Shown here piece after piece: positions 56,424 to 64,000 of a stretch of 64,000 nucleotides of DNA. A program made the position numbers and the translations under genes. The stretch is taken from NCBI GenBank assembly GCA_963700145.1, contig OY969474.1:4448001-4512000 (forward strand). The letters run 5' to 3'. Each line of letters opens with the position of its first letter. The stretch's first letter is position 1. The stretch comes from an uncultured Acidobacteriota bacterium. GTDB lineage: Bacteria; Acidobacteriota; Thermoanaerobaculia; Multivoradales; UBA5704. Below the pieces are notes generated by a model. That model saw only the letters and a program-made list of their open reading frames with translations. It was not told the origin of the DNA and made no database searches.

Positions 56424-58870
56424 TCCTGCGCGAGCATCGACCCAAGCCGCAGGGCCTTGCCGACTTGCTGAACTGGGCCGCGCTGGTCGGGGAGGGAATC
56501 GCCGTCAACAAGGACGGCTCGTTCCTCGCGGGCTGGAGCTACACCGGCCCCGATCTCGACGCGGCAACTGCGGAGGAGCTGGCGCTCCTCTCGCAGCACT
56601 TCAACCAGGCTCTCCTGCCGCTCGGCGACGAGTGGCTGCTCAACGCCGACGCCATCCGGCGACCGAGCCGGGACTACCCACCGCCGGGCCCGTTTCCGGA
56701 TCCAACTTCGGGGCTGCTCGATGACGAGCGCCGCGAGCAGTATGAGTCGGGCCGGCGCAACTACGAGACGACCTACACGCTGTGCGTCTCGTGGTTGCCA
56801 CCCGACGAGCTCCAGTCGAGCCTCGCGCGGTGGTTCATCAGCGGCGAGGACCGCAAGGGACCGGATTGGCGGGCGCAGGTCGAGACCTTCGTCGACCGGC
56901 TCGAGGACATCGAAGACCGACTCTCGGCCTCGCTCGCGCTCACCCGCCTGAGCTCCGAGGCGTTGCTCACCCATCTCCACACCTGTCTCACCGGGCTCTA
57001 CCACCGCGTGGCGGTACCGGATACGCCTTGCTACCTCGACGTGCTGCTCGCCTCCCAAGACCTCTACGGCGGCTTCAGCCCGCGGGTCGGCGACAAGCAC
57101 CTGAGGGCGATCTCGATCACTGGCTTCCCCCACGAATCGCATCCGGCGATGTTCGACTTCCTTCACCGCATCCCGATGGAGTACCGCCTCTCGCATCGCT
57201 TCCTGCCACTCGATCCCGAGTCCGCCGCGAAGCACATTCGGCTCTACCGGAGGAACTGGTGGCAGAAGCGCAAGGGCCTCGGGGGGCTGATCAAGGAGGC
57301 GATCACGACCGAGGAGAAGGCGGCTGAACCGAAGTTCGTGAACCGCGACGCCGTGCGCATGGCAGAGGACGCTGACGAGGCGCTCGCCGAATGCCTCGGC
57401 GGCGCGGTTCGCTACGGCTTCTACACGACCTCGGTGGTGCTGATGGCGGAGGACGAGGAGGCCGTCGAGGCTTCGGCGCGGCAGGCCCTGAAGGAGATCC
57501 ACAACCGTGGCTTCGCGTCCCGGATCGAACGGGTGAACGCCTTGGAGGCCTTCCGATCGAGCCTGCCTTCCCACGCCCACCCGAACGTGCGCCGGCCGCT
57601 CATCAGCACCCTCAACCTGGCTGACCTCATGCCCACGACGAGTGTCTGGCCCGGGCTGCCGATCAATCCCTGCCAGTACTACCCGACAGGGAGTCCAGCG
57701 TTGCTCTGGGCGGCGACCAGCGGCTCGACCCCGTTCCGCCTCAACCTGCACGTCTCGGACGTCGGCCACACCCTCGTCCTCGGGCCGACGGGAGCGGGGA
57801 AGAGCACGCTGCTGGGGCTCATCCAGGCCCAGTTCTTCCGCTACCCGGACGCCCAGGTCTTCACCTTCGACAAGGGCTACTCGTCCTTCCCACTCGTCGC
57901 CGCGTGCGGTGGCCACCACTACGACATCGCCGCCGAGTCGCTCGACTCGCTCGCGTTCTACCCGCTGGCCAGCATCGATCGGCCGACCGAGCGCGCCTGG
58001 GCGGCGGAGTGGATCGAGACGCTCATGGCACTCCAGGGGGTGGTCATCACGCCGGCACACCGCGGCGCCATCGATCACGCCCTCGGGCTCTTGGCTGCCT
58101 CGCCGTCACGCACGCTGACCGACCTCCAGGTGAAGCTCCAGGATCCGAACCTGCGCCAGGCGCTCCGGCCCTACACCCTCAAGGGCAACTTCGGGGCACT
58201 GCTCGACGCGCAGAGCGACGGGCTCCGCGACGGCCGCTTCCAGGTCTTCGAGATGGCGCACTTGATGGAGCTCGGGGATCGGATCGTCATCCCGGCGCTC
58301 CTCTATCTGTTCCACCGCATCGAGCAGCGGCTCGACGGCCGGCCGACGCTGATCATTCTCGAAGAGGCGTGGACCTACCTCCTCCACGAGCTGTTCGCCG
58401 AGCGTATCCAGCTCTGGCTGAAAGAACTGCGCAAGTACAACGCGGCGGTCGTCTTCGTCACACAGAGCCTGGCGGACATTCACTCCTCGCCGAAGCGCCA
58501 CGTCATCTACGAGAGCTGCCCGACAAAGATCCTCCTGCCCAACAGCGAGGCGGCATCGGACCAGGGCGCCGCGATCTACCGTGCGATCGGGCTCAACGAG
58601 CGCGAGATCGAGATCGTCGCGCAAAGCGTCAAGAAGCGCGACTACTACTACACCTCGCCGCTCGGCAACCGGCTCATGGACCTCACGCTCGGCCCGCTGG
58701 CCCTGGCCTTCGTTGGTGCCACCGGCCGCGAGGACCTGCGGGCAATTCACGAGCTGCGCACCACCTACGGGCCGGATTGGCCCCGGGCCTGGCTGAGGCA
58801 AAGGGGTCTCGACCGCTGGGCCGACCAGCTCACCGACCGCAACGAAAGGAGCGTCGCATGCGCCGGATGA
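56420..58870 (+). CDS. trbE: TrbE (VirB4) ATPase
   Basis: NKDGS, DVGHTLVLGPTGAGKS, FDKGYS, LEEAW, WLKELRK. Confidence 0.95.
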   Translation: MILREHRPKPQGLADLLNWAALVGEGIAVNKDGSFLAGWSYTGPDLDAATAEELALLSQHFNQALLPLGDEWLLNADAIRRPSRDYPPPGPFPDPTSGLLDDERREQYESGRRNYETTYTLCVSWLPPDELQSSLARWFISGEDRKGPDWRAQVETFVDRLEDIEDRLSASLALTRLSSEALLTHLHTCLTGLYHRVAVPDTPCYLDVLLASQDLYGGFSPRVGDKHLRAISITGFPHESHPAMFDFLHRIPMEYRLSHRFLPLDPESAAKHIRLYRRNWWQKRKGLGGLIKEAITTEEKAAEPKFVNRDAVRMAEDADEALAECLGGAVRYGFYTTSVVLMAEDEEAVEASARQALKEIHNRGFASRIERVNALEAFRSSLPSHAHPNVRRPLISTLNLADLMPTTSVWPGLPINPCQYYPTGSPALLWAATSGSTPFRLNLHVSDVGHTLVLGPTGAGKSTLLGLIQAQFFRYPDAQVFTFDKGYSSFPLVAACGGHHYDIAAESLDSLAFYPLASIDRPTERAWAAEWIETLMALQGVVITPAHRGAIDHALGLLAASPSRTLTDLQVKLQDPNLRQALRPYTLKGNFGALLDAQSDGLRDGRFQVFEMAHLMELGDRIVIPALLYLFHRIEQRLDGRPTLIILEEAWTYLLHELFAERIQLWLKELRKYNAAVVFVTQSLADIHSSPKRHVIYESCPTKILLPNSEAASDQGAAIYRAIGLNEREIEIVAQSVKKRDYYYTSPLGNRLMDLTLGPLALAFVGATGREDLRAIHELRTTYGPDWPRAWLRQRGLDRWADQLTDRNERSVACAG

Positions 58871-59664
58871 AGCACGTCATCGCCTGCTTTCTCCTGCTGC
58901 TGCTCTGCCAGGTCGCCGTGCCGCCGCGAGCGCAGGGACAGGTGCTGGTGGAGGACTTCCTCAACTGGGTCGAAAACGCCCTGCAGGTCATCCAGCAGGC
59001 TTACGAGATCTACCAGAAGTACATGCAGCTCTACAACGACTACCAGCGCTACGCGACGATGGTCAAGAACCTCGAGCAGTTCGACGAGCTGACGTTTCAG
59101 AACCTCATCGGCCTGACGTACGCGGTCAACGACATCATCCAGTACGGGGAGTCGCTCGGCCATACCCTCTACGACTTCGACGCCCAGTTTGCCGAGACCT
59201 TCCCCGGTTACGAGCCGATCCTCGAGGAGGACTGGCTCGCGACCTTCGAGTACCGCAATCGCCGCACGCTCGACACCATGCGCTACTCGCTCGGCGCGCT
59301 CCACCGGATCGCCGAGAACAGCGTCGAATCCCAAGAGATCCTGGAGCGCCTCGCCAGCGACGCAGCTTCCGCCGACGGCAACCTCGAGGCCCTCCAGTCG
59401 GCCAACGAGCTCCTGCATCACCAGGGCAGCGAGCTCGCCAAGATCAGTCAACAACTCTCCGTTCAGACCAACGCGCAGGCGGTCTTCTGGGCGTACCAGG
59501 TAGACCGCGAGGCCTCCGATCGCGCGACGACGAGCGAGTGGATCGCCAACGGTGTCGGCGAGATCCCACCCTACGACAGCGCGGGTGGTTCTCGCGGCGT
59601 GCCCTATGACTGGCCATGGGCGTGCCTCGGTTGCGCTCGCAGAGAGGCGGGAGGTTCACGATGA
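58858..59664 (+). CDS. trbJ: TrbJ (VirB5-like)
   Basis: Signal peptide, helical, ADGNLEALQSANEL motif, position in operon. Confidence 0.8.
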   Translation: MRRMKHVIACFLLLLLCQVAVPPRAQGQVLVEDFLNWVENALQVIQQAYEIYQKYMQLYNDYQRYATMVKNLEQFDELTFQNLIGLTYAVNDIIQYGESLGHTLYDFDAQFAETFPGYEPILEEDWLATFEYRNRRTLDTMRYSLGALHRIAENSVESQEILERLASDAASADGNLEALQSANELLHHQGSELAKISQQLSVQTNAQAVFWAYQVDREASDRATTSEWIANGVGEIPPYDSAGGSRGVPYDWPWACLGCARREAGGSR

Positions 59665-60062
59665 GCGCTCCGTTCCATCGCGTCCTGTCCGCGCTCGTCC
59701 TGGTGGCCGGCCTCCTCGTCGGCTGCGGTCAACCCAGCGCCGAGGAGCTCGCCAACGGCGACGATCCGCTCACCGCCTTGCGCTCGCCGGTGCGATCGGC
59801 GCGCTATGACGGCGCGTTCTGGAACCGCGAGGCGGTCCAGTCGACCGAGCTGTGGCGGGACGCCGTCGCCTACTGTCGGACGCCCGGCAACTCGACTGCC
59901 CCGAACTGCCAGACGGTCGGACTGGTGCTTTCGACGATCGAGCTCGAGAAGGCCGCTCGCGAGGCCAAGCGGCAGCTCGAGGCGCTCATGGAGCAAAGCA
60001 GGCGCTTGGGGCCGCGACGTTCAACGCGTCCCCCTGGCGCCTTTGGGTCCGGCCGGAACTGA
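59661..60062 (+). CDS. Lipoprotein, probable entry exclusion (TrbK-like)
   Basis: Lipobox LLVGC, C-x(9)-C pair, position between trbJ and trbL. Confidence 0.6.
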   Translation: MSAPFHRVLSALVLVAGLLVGCGQPSAEELANGDDPLTALRSPVRSARYDGAFWNREAVQSTELWRDAVAYCRTPGNSTAPNCQTVGLVLSTIELEKAAREAKRQLEALMEQSRRLGPRRSTRPPGAFGSGRN

Positions 60063-60068
60063 CCCGTC

Positions 60069-60890
60069 ATGGAGACCCTGGGAATCCTCGACGGCATCGT
60101 CCAGACGTTCGAGCTCGCCACGCAGACGTGGTTCTCGACGCTGTTTCCGATCGCGCAGAACCTGTTCTTCGCGCTCATGGTCATCCAGATCGCATGGGCC
60201 GGAATCTGGTCGACACTCGTTCGGCACGAGAGCGGGGAGCAGGTTCTGGTCCACCTGCTCCGACAGGTCTTCGTCCTCTCCGTGCTCTACACGGTGCTCA
60301 TCTTCTCGCCGATCTGGGTGCCCACGGTTATCGGTTCCTTCGAGCAGGCTGGAGCGGCGGCGGGCGGGATCGACAGCATCAATCCGTCGTCGATTTTCAG
60401 CGGCGGCTTCCTTCTGGCGCTCGGGTTGCTCGACGGCCTCAACAACTGGGGCCTGCTCAACCCCATCACCGGCCCGATGATTCTTTTCACCTGCCTCACG
60501 CTCATCCTCTGCTACGCCTGGATGGCCGGAGTGCTCCTCATCTACTTGGTCGAGAGCTACGTCGTTCTCGGCGGTGGCGTGGTGCTCCTCGGTTTCGGCG
60601 GCTCGCGCTTCACTGCCGGCCTTGCGGACGGTTACCTGATCTACGTCTTTCGCGTGGGCGTCAAGCTCTTCGTCTCTTACCTCATCCTCGGGATCGCCGG
60701 CTCCCTGGCCGCCCAGTGGGCCGGTCTCCTCAACTCCGTAGCGCTCGACAACCCGGGCCCGCTCTTCGAGGTCCTGGGCGGTGCCGTGGTCTTGGCGCTC
60801 GTCACCACCAAAGTGCCGCTCTTTGCGAGCCAGATGCTGGGCGCGGGCACGGGCTTCAGCCTGCGTTCGCTGTTCACGGAGGGTCCATGA
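60069..60890 (+). CDS. trbL: TrbL (VirB6), short form
   Basis: Polytopic membrane protein, LVESY...LLGFGGSRFT...GVKLF. Confidence 0.85.
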   Translation: METLGILDGIVQTFELATQTWFSTLFPIAQNLFFALMVIQIAWAGIWSTLVRHESGEQVLVHLLRQVFVLSVLYTVLIFSPIWVPTVIGSFEQAGAAAGGIDSINPSSIFSGGFLLALGLLDGLNNWGLLNPITGPMILFTCLTLILCYAWMAGVLLIYLVESYVVLGGGVVLLGFGGSRFTAGLADGYLIYVFRVGVKLFVSYLILGIAGSLAAQWAGLLNSVALDNPGPLFEVLGGAVVLALVTTKVPLFASQMLGAGTGFSLRSLFTEGP

Positions 60891-61579
60891 GCCTTAGCCG
60901 TCTCCTTCGACGCCAGCAGGTCGAGTCGGAATCATCCGCGTCGGATCTGAATCTCTCTCGCGGGCGGCGCGAATGGAATGACCGGTACGCCGGCCTCGCG
61001 CGCGGCAAACGGAACTGGCAGCTCGTGGCGTTGGGCCTTCTGGCCGTGGACGGCCTCCTGACCGCCGGGATCATCCACTTGGCGAGCCAGAGCCGCGTGT
61101 CGCCCTTCATCGTGGAGGTCGACCGGCTCGGCCAGGCCGTCGCGTTCGGCCCGGCAGAGCAGCTCCGGAAGACCGACGAGCGCCTCATCCGCTACCAGCT
61201 GAACCTCTTCATCCGCGATGTCCGCTCGGTCTTCTCTGACGCGGAAGTCCAGAAGACCGTGATCAACCGCGCCTACGGCCACGCCAAGGACAGCGCGCTC
61301 GGCTTCCTGAACGATTACTTCAAGAAGAGCAACCCGTTCCTCCGCGAGGCCGAAGGCACGATCACCGTGCAAGTGCAGTCAGTCCTGCGGCTCTCGCCGT
61401 CCAGCTGGCAGGTGCAATGGCGCGAGACCCAGATCGCCCCGGCCGGCCGCGTCGTTTCCGACACCGCCTGGCAGGCGATCCTGGGCGTCGAGCTCACACC
61501 GCCGGAAACAACCGACGTCCTACTCGTCAATCCCCTCGGCCTCTACGTGACCGAAATCAACTGGACCCAGACCCTTTGA
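60887..61579 (+). CDS. trbF: TrbF (VirB8)
   Basis: EWNDRY, PFIVEVDRLG, SWQVQWRE, NPLGLYV. Confidence 0.92.
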   Translation: MSLSRLLRRQQVESESSASDLNLSRGRREWNDRYAGLARGKRNWQLVALGLLAVDGLLTAGIIHLASQSRVSPFIVEVDRLGQAVAFGPAEQLRKTDERLIRYQLNLFIRDVRSVFSDAEVQKTVINRAYGHAKDSALGFLNDYFKKSNPFLREAEGTITVQVQSVLRLSPSSWQVQWRETQIAPAGRVVSDTAWQAILGVELTPPETTDVLLVNPLGLYVTEINWTQTL

Positions 61580-61590
61580 GGAGAATCTCG

Positions 61591-62502
61591 ATGAACCGAT
61601 CGAAGCGCTTCGCTCCAATCTGTCTCACCCTTCTCGGAACGCTCGCTGTCCTCGGAGCCGGCACTGCCAGCGCCGGCTCCCGGCCCGAGGCAGCGATCCG
61701 GGACGCGACCCAGCAGTTCGCTACCACCGGTAAGGCCCCCGTCATCGAGCGGAGCGATTCGGTGGTCTACCCCTTTGGCGAGAGTCAGCCGGTTCTTCAA
61801 TGCACGCCGCTTCGGGCCTGCGACGTCGAGCTCGAGGCGGGGGAGGTCGTGCACGGCGTGGCTCTCGGCGACACCGAGCGCTGGATCTCGAGCCCGCTCT
61901 ACTCGGGCGACCCCGACGCCCTGGTGCCGCACGTGGTGGTCAAGCCGAGGGACTACGGCGTCGCCACGAACATGATCGTGACGACGACGCGCCGGACCTA
62001 CCATCTCAACCTCGTCGCCCCGGCGAAGGGCAAGACCGACGAGACGGAGGGCGCCTACCTCCGTCGCGTCCGCTTCTACTACCCGGGAGACGTCGTCGAG
62101 CAGTGGTCCGACGCCGCTCAGCTCGAAGTGGCGCGCGCCAACCGGCACAGCGAAGCGACCATCGCGAGCCTCAGTGGCGCCATGAACCCGGGGCGGATGA
62201 ACTTCGACTACGCGCTGTCGGGTGGCCACTTCTCGGGCTTCCGGCCGGCGACGATCTTCGACGACGGCCACCACACCTACATCCAGCTGCCGGCTGGGAC
62301 GGCCGCCGGCGACGCGCCGGCCTTCCTGGCTCGCTCGCAAGCAGGCGAGGAGGCGATCCTCAACTACCGCATGAACGGCCCTTGGATCATCGTCGACGGG
62401 CTCTTCGAGCGCGGTGAGCTCGTGGCCGGCGTCGGACGCTCGCGCAAGACGGTGAAGATCACCAACCGCGGTTTCCGCCGCGCCATGGCGGAGAGTCGCT
62501 GA
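61591..62502 (+). CDS. trbG: TrbG (VirB9)
   Basis: CTPLRACDVELEAGE, GDTERW, TTTRRTY, FDDGHHTYI, LNYR. Confidence 0.92.
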   Translation: MNRSKRFAPICLTLLGTLAVLGAGTASAGSRPEAAIRDATQQFATTGKAPVIERSDSVVYPFGESQPVLQCTPLRACDVELEAGEVVHGVALGDTERWISSPLYSGDPDALVPHVVVKPRDYGVATNMIVTTTRRTYHLNLVAPAKGKTDETEGAYLRRVRFYYPGDVVEQWSDAAQLEVARANRHSEATIASLSGAMNPGRMNFDYALSGGHFSGFRPATIFDDGHHTYIQLPAGTAAGDAPAFLARSQAGEEAILNYRMNGPWIIVDGLFERGELVAGVGRSRKTVKITNRGFRRAMAESR

Positions 62503-63773
62503 TGGAGACCGGGACCCCGGCTGCGGAGCCGAAGGAGGGCGAGCTGGAGCTCACCCCACGGCCCCGCATCAAGAAGCTCAGCTCGGCGATCGTCTGGATC
62601 GCCGCCATCTTCGCAGTCGCCGTTCTCTGGCTTGTCGGCTACCTCGTGAGCTCGAAGGCCCGCCGGCCCAGCCAGGAACGGCGGGTGGCCGCGGTCCCGC
62701 CGCCGGTCGATGACCTCGCCGAACGAATCCAGCGCGCGGCTCAGAGGGAGGCAACGCTCGCCGCGGAACACGCTGCGATGGAACGAGGCAGGCAGCTCCA
62801 GGAGCCTCATGACCTGCCTCCCGGGTTCGAGGAGCTTCTCGCCGAGCAGCAGGCCCTGTCGGCCGGGCCGCCTGCCGGCGCTTACGGCCGCGAACCCGTC
62901 CGTGCTGGCTCCAGCGCCGAGAACGCCCGCTCGCCGTTGCAACGTGCATTCGACTCGGAGCTGGTGCCCGCGGCATTTCGATCCACCAGCCCTCGTGCCG
63001 TAGGTGGCCGGGAGCACGGAGAAGCCGACGACGGCAATCCTTCGGCCCCACCGGATCTCGCGACACTGCGCGCGGAGTTGGTGCGCGCGTTCGAGGCGAA
63101 GACCCAGCCACCGTCGCAGCCGCAGGAGACGCCGGCGAAGGAGTCAACCGTAGGCGCGTTGCTGCCGGCCGGATCTCCCTTCCGGATCTCCGCCGGCACG
63201 CTGATCCCGGCGGTTCTCACGGCCGGCATCAACTCCGACTTGCCGGGCCAGACGACGGCTCTAGTGCGCCGCAACGTCTACGACAGCCGCACGGGCCGGT
63301 TCCTTCTCGTGCCGCAGGGAAGCCGGCTCATCGGCGAGTACGACAGTCGGGTCGCGTTCGGGCAGAAGCGGGTGCTCGTCGCCTGGAATCGGCTGGTCTT
63401 CCCGGACGGCCGCTCGATCGACCTTGCGGGCATGCCGGGTGTCGACCTCGCGGCGGCTGCCGGCCTCCGCGACAAGGTCAACAACCACTTCGTCCGCACG
63501 TTCGGCAGCGCGTTGCTGATCGCCGCGGTGTCGGCCGGCGTACAGCTATCGCAGCCCGAGGACGACGGTGCGTTCCGCTCCAACCCATCGCCGTCGCAGC
63601 TCGCCGCAGCGGCCGTCGGCCAGGAGCTGGGGCGCGTCGCAACGGAGTACCTCCGCCGCAATCTCGACGTGCGACCGACGATCGAAGTTCGACCCGGCTA
63701 CGAGCTGAATGTGGAGGTCACGGCCGACCTCGATTTGCCGGGTCCCTACGACCAGGCCGCCGCAGCGTACTGA
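62502..63773 (+). CDS. trbI: TrbI (VirB10)
   Basis: AGTLIPAVL..GINSDLPG, VPQGSRLIG, DKVNNH, PTIEVRPG. Confidence 0.93.
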   Translation: METGTPAAEPKEGELELTPRPRIKKLSSAIVWIAAIFAVAVLWLVGYLVSSKARRPSQERRVAAVPPPVDDLAERIQRAAQREATLAAEHAAMERGRQLQEPHDLPPGFEELLAEQQALSAGPPAGAYGREPVRAGSSAENARSPLQRAFDSELVPAAFRSTSPRAVGGREHGEADDGNPSAPPDLATLRAELVRAFEAKTQPPSQPQETPAKESTVGALLPAGSPFRISAGTLIPAVLTAGINSDLPGQTTALVRRNVYDSRTGRFLLVPQGSRLIGEYDSRVAFGQKRVLVAWNRLVFPDGRSIDLAGMPGVDLAAAAGLRDKVNNHFVRTFGSALLIAAVSAGVQLSQPEDDGAFRSNPSPSQLAAAAVGQELGRVATEYLRRNLDVRPTIEVRPGYELNVEVTADLDLPGPYDQAAAAY

Positions 63774-63780
63774 GGGCAGC

Positions 63781-64000
63781 ATGCGGATCGTCACGGTGAC
63801 CAACCAGAAGGGCGGGGTGGGGAAGACCACGCTCGTTTGCCACCTCGCCCTCGCGGGTATCGAGCGCGGCCTCCGGACGCTGGTGGTCGACCTCGACACG
63901 CAGGGCAATGCGAGCACCATGCTCGCGCGAGACGCCGCGGTCGCCGGCCAGCCCGGCGGCGCCTCGGCGCTCTTCGCGGATGCGCCGCTCGTTCCGACGG
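63781..64000 (+). CDS. parA: ParA/IncC-family partition ATPase (partial)
   Basis: MRIVTVTNQKGGVGKTT...VVDLDTQGNAS. Confidence 0.9.
   Translation, partial: MRIVTVTNQKGGVGKTTLVCHLALAGIERGLRTLVVDLDTQGNASTMLARDAAVAGQPGGASALFADAPLVPT

Larger units (their letters stand above)
38799..64000. mobile_element. Integrated conjugative element/integrated plasmid with P-type (Trb) T4SS; extends beyond window
   Basis: att fragment, repA, iterons, ardC, ssb, mobC/relaxase, traF, traG, trbB-I, parA; lower GC than host genes. Confidence 0.88.

Noticed and set aside
60069-60890. trbL as a truncated pseudogene
   Set aside because: The membrane core is intact and the stop overlaps the trbF start (ATGA); only the low-complexity tail is missing.

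Overview
Very GC-rich bacterial chromosome segment. The gene content (CHAT/ECF modules, VPS10-like propellers, DUF5916, PA2778/PA2779) suggests Acidobacteriota/Thermoanaerobaculia, but this is inference. Positions 1-~35.6 kb are host-like genes plus lower-GC accessory inserts: an exported caspase + M48 protease pair and a SEFIR-STAND-TPR NLR-like protein. A 21-nt fragment matching the 3' end of tRNA-Ala/tmRNA at 38799-38819 (minus strand) probably marks the left attachment site of an integrated conjugative element that runs off the right edge. The element carries RepA, an AbiEi/AbiEii TA pair and a complete type III CBASS (Cap6/TRIP13, Cap8 and Cap7 HORMAs, CdnD-like CD-NTase, Cap4-like nuclease-SAVED effector). 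It also carries an iteron origin, ArdC, SSB, oriT/MobC/relaxase, TraF, TraG, TrbBCDEJKLFGI and ParA. The most striking observation is that the CBASS operon is headed by its own intact LexA-type repressor, and the 5 kb lexA-CBASS cassette is bracketed by an identical 19-bp iteron copy on each side. Protein identifications rest on motif recognition and recall; no database search was run.
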